The notes beneath the pieces are model-generated. The model saw only the letters and a program-made list of their open reading frames with translations, did no database searches and had not been told where the DNA came from. Position numbers and translations under genes: made by a program. Shown in pieces: positions 26,995-35,123 of a stretch of DNA of 64,000 nt. Every line of letters starts with the position of its first letter. Position 1 is the first letter of the stretch. Location: the sequence record PP942979.1; one strand, given 5' to 3'.

Positions 26995-27926
26995 TGCGTT
27001 TACTAAAGTATATCCCAAGTGCAGGCATCACGCACACGCCACCAGCCGGCGGTGAGTATGTTCGTGATATGGTAATCGACTTTGGCGATCATCCGAAGCC
27101 TGACGTAGGTCACCATGATGAACTCTGTCTGTTCGATCTGCGTCTGACCAATGTGGATGTGTATCACGAACAAGATAGCGTCCACATCTGCCTGCCTGAC
27201 ATGAGCCACATCTACGCCAACTTCGATATGGAGATCTGCCGCTCGCAGGAGTATCAGTTCTGGATGGGTGACAACGCTCATGCTCCTTCTGCTGATGCTA
27301 TCGTTCACGCACATATCGTTAAAGGTCATCTTCCTAATCTGCACAAAGACTTCGATGCGTTTGTCGAATGGCTGTTTGATCGTATGCGTGAAATTCCTCG
27401 TCTCAACATCGATCACATGGTGCTGAAAGGCAAAGGTCAAATGTACGATGCAAATACCAAAAACTCGTATGACCTTTGGGGCATGTTCCGCTACTGGTTG
27501 ATGCTGGGTCGTAATCTGACTATCGGGTATTCGCTCGACAATCAGATAACGCTCAACGATACACACATCTCTGAGAAGGGTGCGCGCTGGTGGTTGATTG
27601 AGCACAACAAACAACTGATGGAAGTCGCGCGTGAGAACGATCTGCTGGCTGCATTCATCACGTTTGGCTCCGATAGCCCTGGCTCTGAGGACGAGTATGC
27701 GTATACGTTCGTTGGCAAAGAAGGCAACTTCATGCGCAGCCACGTAGACGTTAGCGAGTTCATGCACCTCGCTGTTCACGGCCACTTCCCTGAACTGGTC
27801 TGCGATTCGAGCGGCAAGAACTTCAACGTGACGTTTAACTTCGCGCAGTATTTCCCGGAAGAGTATCACGCGTACCAAAACTATCGCGGCGGTGATTACC
27901 ATCGCGCTCTGTCTCGCTTCGTCTGA
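26994..27926 (+). CDS. hypothetical protein (310 aa, His/Asp-rich)
   Basis: TAATG-coupled, phage codon usage. Confidence 0.75.
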   Translation: MRLLKYIPSAGITHTPPAGGEYVRDMVIDFGDHPKPDVGHHDELCLFDLRLTNVDVYHEQDSVHICLPDMSHIYANFDMEICRSQEYQFWMGDNAHAPSADAIVHAHIVKGHLPNLHKDFDAFVEWLFDRMREIPRLNIDHMVLKGKGQMYDANTKNSYDLWGMFRYWLMLGRNLTIGYSLDNQITLNDTHISEKGARWWLIEHNKQLMEVARENDLLAAFITFGSDSPGSEDEYAYTFVGKEGNFMRSHVDVSEFMHLAVHGHFPELVCDSSGKNFNVTFNFAQYFPEEYHAYQNYRGGDYHRALSRFV

Positions 27927-27969
27927 CGGGCTTCGGCCTCCTGTCAGTAATTTGATTGTCTAACAGGAG
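27923..27969 (+). promoter_or_regulatory. alternative hairpin / anti-SD structure upstream of ORF 27977
   Basis: UUCG hairpin 27923-27947; its 3' arm CTCCTGTCAG can alternatively pair 9 of 10 with CTAACAGGAG (SD). Confidence 0.4.
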
Positions 27970-27976
27970 AGCCGAC

Positions 27977-28312
27977 ATGAACTACGATCCAAAGAAAGAT
28001 TTCCACCCGTTTCAATATCTGGGCGCACCTAAAGTCCCGCACACAGGCTTCTTAGGTAATACAGTGAACTTGGTTGAGAACGACGTAAACATCGGCAGCG
28101 ATGAATGCACGTTCGAGTTCACTGTAGCTCAGATGAACGCGATGGACAGAGGTACTGTTACGTTCAGGGCGAAAGACTCTGGCGGTGGTATCGACATTAA
28201 GAAATGCTCAGTCTCAGGTTTGAAAATGGTAATTAAGCTGGACAGAAGGGTGATCGAGTTCGGCAAAGTTCAAGTCGAATGGCAGACTACTCCTCGCCAC
28301 TACTATTACTGA
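27977..28312 (+). CDS. hypothetical beta-rich protein (111 aa)
   Basis: CAGGAG RBS before ATG 27977. Confidence 0.65.
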   Translation: MNYDPKKDFHPFQYLGAPKVPHTGFLGNTVNLVENDVNIGSDECTFEFTVAQMNAMDRGTVTFRAKDSGGGIDIKKCSVSGLKMVIKLDRRVIEFGKVQVEWQTTPRHYYY

Positions 28313-28321
28313 ATCTGTAAA
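28312..28321 (+). promoter_or_regulatory. AATCTGTAAA motif, copy 5
   Basis: 35 nt upstream of the ParB-like gene. Confidence 0.6.
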
Positions 28322-28355
28322 GACAGAGAAAGAGCAACCGATAAGAGATACGACA

Positions 28356-29066
28356 ATGGCAAAAACTGCTATCAAAACAAAGGACGGAAAGAAGAAAAAG
28401 AATGATGGGCTAAAGTTCGAGTTGAATAAACTCAGCTCCGTCAATCAATTAAAAGGCGCAGCGTATAACCCGCGTTTCATTACAGACAGTCGCCTGAAAG
28501 CACTCGAAGGTTCTTTGGGTAGCTTCGGCGACTTGTCTGGTATCGTGTTCAACAACAACATCAAATCTGGTGTGTTGATCTCAGGCCACCAGCGCTTGAA
28601 GTCAATCGAAGGCTGGAAGACTCGTATCGAGGTCCAGAAGTCTGTTGATAAGCACGGCACTATCGGCCTGGGTTATATTCACGCAACGCATCCGAAGAAG
28701 TCTGATAAGGTGATCAGCATTCCTCTGCGTATTGTGAACTGGACCGATAAGAAAGCAGAGTACGCTGCAAACATCGCGGCGAACGCCCACGGCGGTGAAT
28801 TCGATAACAAGAAACTCGCCAAGCTGGTTGAGCAACTCGACCTCAACACAATCAAGCCGCAGTTGCTTGGCCTTGACCCGTTAGAGATTCGCGGTCTGCA
28901 AGCCAAGCTGAAAGTTCAGGCTGTTGTTCAGGACGAGAAACGTGCTGGCAAGACAACTGGCCAGATGAACGGCAGTACCGGTAAGTTCAATGAGTACAAC
29001 CCTGATGATGTGGGTGAAGCTCTGAACTGCACCTGCCCGCGTTGTGGATTCAAGTTCGAGGGATAA
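28356..29066 (+). CDS. ParB/Sulfiredoxin N-terminal domain protein with a C-terminal Zn ribbon
   Basis: AAYNPR, LEGSLGSFG, LISGHQRL, ANIAANAHGGEFD, CTCPRCGFKF. Confidence 0.8.
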   Translation: MAKTAIKTKDGKKKKNDGLKFELNKLSSVNQLKGAAYNPRFITDSRLKALEGSLGSFGDLSGIVFNNNIKSGVLISGHQRLKSIEGWKTRIEVQKSVDKHGTIGLGYIHATHPKKSDKVISIPLRIVNWTDKKAEYAANIAANAHGGEFDNKKLAKLVEQLDLNTIKPQLLGLDPLEIRGLQAKLKVQAVVQDEKRAGKTTGQMNGSTGKFNEYNPDDVGEALNCTCPRCGFKFEG

Positions 29067-29067
29067 T

Positions 29068-31197
29068 ATGATCATCAAGCCGCCTACTATGAAGGAAATC
29101 AACAAGCTGGATAAACCCTGGCGTGGTATGAGTTTCTTCGCAGGTTGCGGTGGGTCTTCGACCGGTCACAAGATGGCCGGTATCGACATTGTGTTGAGCA
29201 ACGAGTTTGTTGACTCAGCACGAGAGTCCTACGAAGCGAACCATCCGACAACTAAAGTGCTGCCTCATGACATTCGCCGCTTAGACCCAGGCAAGCTGTT
29301 GCGCTTCGCTGGTCTGAACAAAGGCGAACTGGATTTACTTGACGGTAGTCCTCCTTGCTTCACCGAAGACACGATCATTCATACAGCAGACGGCATGAAG
29401 TTCATTTCGGACATGAACGTCGGCGATAGAGCAATGACCAGTGTCGGGCAGTATCATCCCGTGTACGACACGATGGTGCGACCTTACGTCGGCACGATGC
29501 ACAAAATCGAAACACTGATCAGTAGCAACAAAGCAACGCCTGAGCACCCGTTCTTTATCAGACGTCCACTTGCGGCGGGCGGTTACTCTGAACCATTCTG
29601 GTGTGATGCTAAAGACGTGCAGGAAGGCGATCTGCTCGGTACACCTCGTGTTACGCCTGACCAGCCTGCTGATGTGTACCACAATCAGATGAATCAATTG
29701 CCGAAGATGATTCGTCAGTGGGTAAGCATTCCTGAGTTCTGGTGGATGGTAGGTCACTGGTGTGATCGTGGTTCAATCGAAACTATCGGTGGCATTGAAG
29801 CAGTTAGCTTCGAGTCGCATACCAGTATTGAAAACGCGATGATTGAGCAGGCGTTTGACGCGCTTAAACTCAGCAGCCTGAATCGCATCGAAACAATGAC
29901 AGCGCAACGTAGAACGTTCCGTACTGTTATTGATGTTGAGCTGGTGCAGTTTCTGCGCCGCTTTATCAGTCACGGCAACAACACGTTCTCTCGTCGTCTG
30001 CCTGCCATGTTGTTCCACATCAATGCGGAACTGAAACAGCAATTCATTCTGGGCTGTGCTGGCATGGATTATGTGACTGCTATGGGCACAGGCATTGCTA
30101 TTACTTCTGCAAGCAAGCGCTTCCTGCTTGAACTGAATTACCTGTGCTGCTCGGCATTCAATCGTCCCCTGTTCGACGGACTGACTTGGGGCGATCTGTA
30201 TTTCGGTAGTTCGTTAACGCCTCGTGAACGTAACAGTGCGCGTGAGCATATCGGCTACCTGTTCTTGCAGGACGAGCACAACTTCTTCCATGAGTTCAGC
30301 AAAGAAGACCCGCATCTCTGGACAGAAGTGATTGAGAACCTCGCGTATCAAGCAACCTGTGACGTCTATAACTTCTCTGTCGAAGTGGACGAGACTTATG
30401 TGGCGAACGGTGTTGTTGTTCACAACTGCAAAGGCTTCTCTACTGCTGGCGTGAAAGAAGAAGGCTGGGGCAAAGAAGTTAAGTACAGTGATAACAAGTA
30501 TCAGCAGGTTGATGACCTGTTCGATCAGTATTGTCGTATGTTGAAAGGCATGATGCCGAAAGTGTTCACTGCGGAAAACGTTAGTGGTCTTGTTAAGGGT
30601 GCCTCGAAAGGTTACTTCCTTGAGATCATGCGAACGTTTGACGAGATTGGCTATTACGTCCGAGCGCCGCTGCTTAATGCTGCATGGCTTGGCGTGCCTC
30701 AGTCTCGTGAGCGTATCATCTTTATGGGTGTGCGCAAAGACGTAGCACACGCTCTCGGCTATAAGAGCAATCAGGCTGCTGTGCCTGATGTAGTGCCGTG
30801 CGATACAATGGCGTTCCTTGCAGATGCCCTGCCTCACATTCAGCGGTATAAGTCCACGAAGAAGGATATCATCACATACCTTCCTGCGATGAACGGACCG
30901 ATGCCGACGATCACTGCGGCTGATGCTATCGCGTATGAGACAGCCCGTTTCTCGTCTGCTGGGTTCGTCGAGGACAACAAAGGTCATCGTCGTAAGTTGA
31001 CCATCGACGAACTGAAAGTTGTTTCCGGCCTGCCGTCAGACTATAAACTGAAAGGCAAGTTTGAAGAACAGTGGGAGCGACTCGGTCGTATCTGTGTTCC
31101 GGCAATGACACAGGCTGCGTCGAAAGCTCTTATCGAACACGTCCTGCTGCCTTATGCTAAGAAGCGTAAGAAGAAGCCTGGCGAAATCTTTAAGTAA
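29068..31197 (+). CDS. C5-cytosine DNA methyltransferase-fold enzyme with intein; candidate cytosine carboxymethyltransferase
   Basis: Motif I FFAGCGG, motif IV GSPP|CKGFS, motif VI AENVSG, motif VIII GVPQSRERIIF, motif IX RKLTIDE; motif X reads LGRICVP instead of xGN(A/S)V. Confidence 0.88.
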   Translation: MIIKPPTMKEINKLDKPWRGMSFFAGCGGSSTGHKMAGIDIVLSNEFVDSARESYEANHPTTKVLPHDIRRLDPGKLLRFAGLNKGELDLLDGSPPCFTEDTIIHTADGMKFISDMNVGDRAMTSVGQYHPVYDTMVRPYVGTMHKIETLISSNKATPEHPFFIRRPLAAGGYSEPFWCDAKDVQEGDLLGTPRVTPDQPADVYHNQMNQLPKMIRQWVSIPEFWWMVGHWCDRGSIETIGGIEAVSFESHTSIENAMIEQAFDALKLSSLNRIETMTAQRRTFRTVIDVELVQFLRRFISHGNNTFSRRLPAMLFHINAELKQQFILGCAGMDYVTAMGTGIAITSASKRFLLELNYLCCSAFNRPLFDGLTWGDLYFGSSLTPRERNSAREHIGYLFLQDEHNFFHEFSKEDPHLWTEVIENLAYQATCDVYNFSVEVDETYVANGVVVHNCKGFSTAGVKEEGWGKEVKYSDNKYQQVDDLFDQYCRMLKGMMPKVFTAENVSGLVKGASKGYFLEIMRTFDEIGYYVRAPLLNAAWLGVPQSRERIIFMGVRKDVAHALGYKSNQAAVPDVVPCDTMAFLADALPHIQRYKSTKKDIITYLPAMNGPMPTITAADAIAYETARFSSAGFVEDNKGHRRKLTIDELKVVSGLPSDYKLKGKFEEQWERLGRICVPAMTQAASKALIEHVLLPYAKKRKKKPGEIFK
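29356..30426 (+). mobile_element. intein (357 aa) with a degenerate LAGLIDADG-type endonuclease region
   Basis: Starts CFTEDT, block B KATPEHPF, block F VYNFSV..DETYVANGVVVHN, +1 residue Cys; EN blocks MVGHWCDRG and FILGCAGMD. Confidence 0.92.
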
Positions 31198-31205
31198 GGG
31201 CGTCT

Positions 31206-31310
31206 ATGTTCTACGTAGGATTGGGTTTGGGTATCGTGATAGGCATTGTCCTTACGCTATTCTGTCTGTGGTTTTTCTTCTTGAAGGACTTCGCGGTATT
31301 CAGGCCGTGA
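31206..31310 (+). CDS. 34-aa single-TM peptide (not in the ORF track)
   Basis: MFYVGLGLGIVIGIVLTLFCLWFFFLKDFAVFRP fills the gap after the MTase. Confidence 0.5.
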   Translation: MFYVGLGLGIVIGIVLTLFCLWFFFLKDFAVFRP

Positions 31311-31343
31311 TACAACAGGACAAGGAAGTTCTGGAGAATTGAA

Positions 31344-31910
31344 ATGTCTTATTGTTTAGTTCGTGCAATGATGGTCGCCCACGTGCAGGACGGCCAACTG
31401 GTTTGTTCTAAGTATAAGATCAAACTCAGTGCGAGTAACTCCACCCAAGTGCATAACTTCATGCACCGCATTTTCTTTGAGTTCAACGGTCGCATCTTAT
31501 TAGAAGATGAACAAGACCGCGACGCTCTGCCTACGCTTAACTATCGCAAGCAAGCTAAAGTTCTCGACGGCACTGGTAGTGTATTCAGTCGCATTACTCA
31601 GCTCGGGCAGCAGCATGGCATCACCTGCCATCTGGTGAACGCGTTTAAGTCGCGGCTGGACGAACTGGCTTACGTGTTCTATCTGGTGCAGCCTACTGGC
31701 GTTGCATGTCAGGTGCTCGATACCGACAAAGAAGAACTCTGGGGCAAGACGCTGCTAGTGGGCGCTGATTCTGATGTTGATTACGCAGGCCGCAACGTTG
31801 TGCCAATCTTCTGCGACGAAAACTGCAATGTTGACGACAAGGTGCTGGGGAACGAACTGTTCTCTCTGTACGACGACACCAGTAAGCTCATGGTGATGGT
31901 CGACAAGTAA
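31344..31910 (+). CDS. hypothetical protein (188 aa)
   Basis: GGAG RBS. Confidence 0.7.
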   Translation: MSYCLVRAMMVAHVQDGQLVCSKYKIKLSASNSTQVHNFMHRIFFEFNGRILLEDEQDRDALPTLNYRKQAKVLDGTGSVFSRITQLGQQHGITCHLVNAFKSRLDELAYVFYLVQPTGVACQVLDTDKEELWGKTLLVGADSDVDYAGRNVVPIFCDENCNVDDKVLGNELFSLYDDTSKLMVMVDK

Positions 31911-31911
31911 A

Positions 31912-32079
31912 ATGATACGCTACCCGATAATATTCATCGCTACATGGATGCTGGTAGCGTACTCATTATCGACACTGGATGTTTCGCCTGTGTGGTGTGA
32001 AAGAGTAGGCATAGTATCTGCCGCCATCATCACTCACATCGAAATCAAATGGCAGCGCTTTATACGAGAACACTCCTGA
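31912..32079 (+). CDS. 55-aa two-TM peptide (not in the ORF track)
   Basis: MIRYPIIFIATWMLVAYSLS...; TGATG-coupled to the next gene. Confidence 0.5.
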   Translation: MIRYPIIFIATWMLVAYSLSTLDVSPVWCERVGIVSAAIITHIEIKWQRFIREHS

Positions 32080-32468
32080 TGGACGAACTCGATAAATTTG
32101 ATCTTGAAATTTTAAACAATTTTGGCTATGAGATCGTTAACGGCTATGTTCGCCAAGTGTATAGTGACGGACAAAGGGAATCGTTAGTCTTTCACCTTAA
32201 CGAGATTCGCCGAGTAGAAATCCAAAACGTGCCAGTCATACGCAAAGACGGATCGTTCGATAGAGGATATCGAATGTATATCACGCTCGCCAGCGCATGG
32301 TACGTCTGGACTGTCCCTCTTCCACCTTCCCGTGAGGACGAGATTCGAGCACTGGTTCAAGCATTTTTAAGAATGCGAGATACTGCGCTTGGATTTGACC
32401 CTGACGTGAAGTACCTTATTCGAGTAGAAACGAAGTCACTCGATAGCTCGCCAGTAGTTAACTGGTAA
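32079..32468 (+). CDS. hypothetical protein (129 aa)
   Basis: TGATG coupling. Confidence 0.6.
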   Translation: MDELDKFDLEILNNFGYEIVNGYVRQVYSDGQRESLVFHLNEIRRVEIQNVPVIRKDGSFDRGYRMYITLASAWYVWTVPLPPSREDEIRALVQAFLRMRDTALGFDPDVKYLIRVETKSLDSSPVVNW

Positions 32469-32525
32469 TCTGAAATGGTGTGCGGCACAAACGTGACTGC
32501 ACCCTCTACCTAAAAGGTATGTACT

Positions 32526-33449
32526 ATGTCTAAGAAACACACGTCTTATACCAGCGCTTTCGCAATCGGTGAAATGGCTGTTCTGTCTCTTGATCGTTTC
32601 GGTCAAAACAAAGTGCCGTATGGCGTTGTTGAAGGCTGCATGATCTATGGCGACCAACGCATGTATCGCGTATCGCTGTTTGTGAACGATGGTCCTGCTA
32701 ATCAACCGTCAGCATTTCTGCATCAAGGTCGCCCTGTTGATGGCTTCCTTGCAGATGATCTGAAAGCTATCACCGACTATCAGTATGCAGACCACATCGG
32801 GCACATCGGTCGTTTCGAAGATCCGAAGCACGAAGTGATTGGCGACTCTAAGTTCAAAGTCGGCCAGCTGGTGGAGGTTGATGTTGACCTCGAACGCGAA
32901 GGCGAGTACGACAAGTTCAACATCCCTGTGATGATTACGGGTGTGCGCTATGAAGAAGGCAAGATTTTGTACGACGTAAGCATTCAACGTGCGTACTACG
33001 AAGACGGCCGTATTACTGGTGGTCGTTTGGTGCGCGATACTCTCACCAATATTGATAGCGTCTTCATCAAACCTGCCGGCGGCTGGCCTGAGACTGTTGT
33101 TAATCTCGAAGGCGATAACGGTCAGTCTGTTATTGTGAAGGGTGGTTCTGTCACAATCAATAGTCCTAAGATCACGCTGGACGGCGAGGAGCTGAATGTT
33201 CTCACGGCAGATACGGCGCCTGAAGAAGAAAAAGTTCTGCTCCTCAATGATCTGTTTGACGCTGCATACGAGGCACACCTCAATGGTGTGTCGTGTGGTG
33301 AAAACAACAAGGAGGCGGCGCGTAACTTCCTTGCTCAGTATATTCGTGAACAAGATAAGCTGCTGCAAAAATTCCGCGCTGTCGGTTCTGCGACTGGCCG
33401 TATCTCTGGTCGTGTAGAAAATACGAGCGCTAAACCTCGCTCAGAGTAA
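32526..33449 (+). CDS. hypothetical protein with two SH3/KOW-like repeats and a C-terminal PolA-like TGRIS peptide
   Basis: FAIGEMAV / FKVGQLV repeats; GSATGRISG. Confidence 0.7.
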   Translation: MSKKHTSYTSAFAIGEMAVLSLDRFGQNKVPYGVVEGCMIYGDQRMYRVSLFVNDGPANQPSAFLHQGRPVDGFLADDLKAITDYQYADHIGHIGRFEDPKHEVIGDSKFKVGQLVEVDVDLEREGEYDKFNIPVMITGVRYEEGKILYDVSIQRAYYEDGRITGGRLVRDTLTNIDSVFIKPAGGWPETVVNLEGDNGQSVIVKGGSVTINSPKITLDGEELNVLTADTAPEEEKVLLLNDLFDAAYEAHLNGVSCGENNKEAARNFLAQYIREQDKLLQKFRAVGSATGRISGRVENTSAKPRSE

Positions 33450-33455
33450 CTAATG

Positions 33456-33480
33456 TGGGTGGCTTCGGCCGCCCATTTTT
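33456..33480 (+). terminator. rho-independent terminator
   Basis: TGGGTGGC-TTCG-GCCGCCCA-TTTTT. Confidence 0.8.
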
Positions 33481-33488
33481 GTATCTAT

Positions 33489-33498
33489 AATCTGTAAA
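33489..33498 (+). promoter_or_regulatory. AATCTGTAAA motif, copy 6
   Basis: Immediately after the terminator, 20 nt before ATG 33518. Confidence 0.65.
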
Positions 33499-33517
33499 TA
33501 TCAGACAGGAGGGTAAC

Positions 33518-33877
33518 ATGGATAAAGATAAACTTAGTGTCAGAGAGTTGACCGACTATGTTGTCAAACGCGTTAATGAAAATGCCAGTGCGACTCTGAC
33601 TGACATTGATGAAGATGCGTGGCGTAGTCATGCGCGTGATGTGGTTGAGGGTGTCATGCGTTCATGTGCCGAGCGTCCTGAGATGGGTGTTCGTGTTGTA
33701 TGTGACGACTCAAACAATCCTCAATACAACATCGACAATAACATTCTGTCCATTGATGTGATTATCAATGACCCGACAGTCCTTCGTAAACTTCGCATAG
33801 GAAACGACAATGCTAAAACGTCTGTTTGCGTTCTTGTTCAGAAAGAAGAAAACGCTACCGATCAAAAAGACCTTTGA
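33518..33877 (+). CDS. hypothetical protein (119 aa)
   Basis: AGGAGG RBS. Confidence 0.7.
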   Translation: MDKDKLSVRELTDYVVKRVNENASATLTDIDEDAWRSHARDVVEGVMRSCAERPEMGVRVVCDDSNNPQYNIDNNILSIDVIINDPTVLRKLRIGNDNAKTSVCVLVQKEENATDQKDL

Positions 33878-34295
33878 GCAAAAGCTCGATAGTCTAAGCG
33901 ATCAGATTCGTCAGGACGACGAACATCTGCGCCGTGTATTGCACACTGGTCATCAGCCTGTGCGCAAGAAAGAGCGCGTCACTGTTACAGTAGAGCCGCC
34001 AAAGAAACGCTATCAGACTACACCGACGCCTATGCCTGAGCGCAAGAACTTCAATGGGCAGCCTCGTCGTGGCATGACAGTCAATCAGGCGTCTTCCAGT
34101 CGTGCTCAGACAGACGATTTAATGCTGGCGGTGATGATGCAGCAGACCTACGTTGCACCCACACCAAGTCGTTCGCACGATGATAGCTGTCGCGTAGACC
34201 ATACGCCAAGCTATCGTCACAGCGATCCTGACCCAAGCCCGTCCTACGAGGGCGGTTCTGATTCTGGTTACAGCGGAGGTAGTGGTTGTGATTAA
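33810..34295 (+). CDS. hypothetical protein with a Ser/Gly/Asp low-complexity tail
   Basis: AGGA RBS; ends SDSGYSGGSGCD. Confidence 0.6.
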   Translation: MLKRLFAFLFRKKKTLPIKKTFEQKLDSLSDQIRQDDEHLRRVLHTGHQPVRKKERVTVTVEPPKKRYQTTPTPMPERKNFNGQPRRGMTVNQASSSRAQTDDLMLAVMMQQTYVAPTPSRSHDDSCRVDHTPSYRHSDPDPSPSYEGGSDSGYSGGSGCD

Positions 34296-34629
34296 ACGTC
34301 TAATGAACTGGATAGGCTTGATGCTTATCTCAGACGCAAACAAGCGTAAGCTCCGTCAACACGAAGCAATGATGCGCGCCTGTACCGATGTATACGATTG
34401 GTGCGGTGCTGACTTGCCTCAGACGGCAGAAGCTGTTGAGTACGTTCGCACACGCGCATTAGGTTATGAGAACCGATTGAACGTCCACAACGGTAAAATC
34501 ATGACGCCATACGAAGCGCACACCGGCATCAGCAACTGGCGTGACGCTATGCGCCGTAAGTATCTGCATAGCGAAGTGAACTTTGATGGACAGACGTTCT
34601 CTGCACCAAAGAGCGAATCTGTAAACTAA
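34282..34629 (+). CDS. hypothetical protein (115 aa)
   Basis: GGAGGT RBS. Confidence 0.6.
   Translation: MVVIKRLMNWIGLMLISDANKRKLRQHEAMMRACTDVYDWCGADLPQTAEAVEYVRTRALGYENRLNVHNGKIMTPYEAHTGISNWRDAMRRKYLHSEVNFDGQTFSAPKSESVN
34616..34625 (+). promoter_or_regulatory. AATCTGTAAA motif, copy 7
   Basis: 34 nt before ATG 34659. Confidence 0.6.
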
Positions 34630-34658
34630 GAACACGAACAACATATACCGAGAAAAAT

Positions 34659-35123
34659 ATGGAACGTAACTCAGACGAAAAGATTGTGGTACTGGACGTA
34701 GATGTGTACCGCACCCTCGTACAATACGCAGAATGCGGTGAACGCGACTGCGGGTCTAACTTCTTTGGAAAATCCGTGAAAGAACTCGAAAAACATGCAC
34801 GGCACTTTAATCCACATCTACGCGCACCGTTTGAGCAGATGTTGACTAACGAGCGCTTGGGTAAAGCTGAACGTCGTCGGCTGGTGAAGAAAGCACGTCG
34901 CCTTAGTTCGCAGCGTGAGCCTGTACGCTTCCTCGTTGACCACCAGCACAAGGTAATCTATCCGATTATCATCACTGGTGTGTCGTCTGACAATCAACTG
35001 CGTTTGAAGTATCACGCACTGTCTGACGGCTGGGATTCGGCTGCTATGGTTGATCGCATCTTCGAAACACCAGAAGAGTTGCCTCAGTCCTATCGTATGC
35101 TCAAGGAAGGGGAGAACGTCTGA
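34659..35123 (+). CDS. hypothetical protein (154 aa)
   Basis: Follows the motif; TGATG-coupled to the next gene. Confidence 0.65.
   Translation: MERNSDEKIVVLDVDVYRTLVQYAECGERDCGSNFFGKSVKELEKHARHFNPHLRAPFEQMLTNERLGKAERRRLVKKARRLSSQREPVRFLVDHQHKVIYPIIITGVSSDNQLRLKYHALSDGWDSAAMVDRIFETPEELPQSYRMLKEGENV

Noticed and set aside
27003-27902. 299-aa antisense ORF
   Set aside because: It mirrors the sense gene codon for codon, has no RBS and no protein-like motifs; a shadow ORF caused by codon bias.
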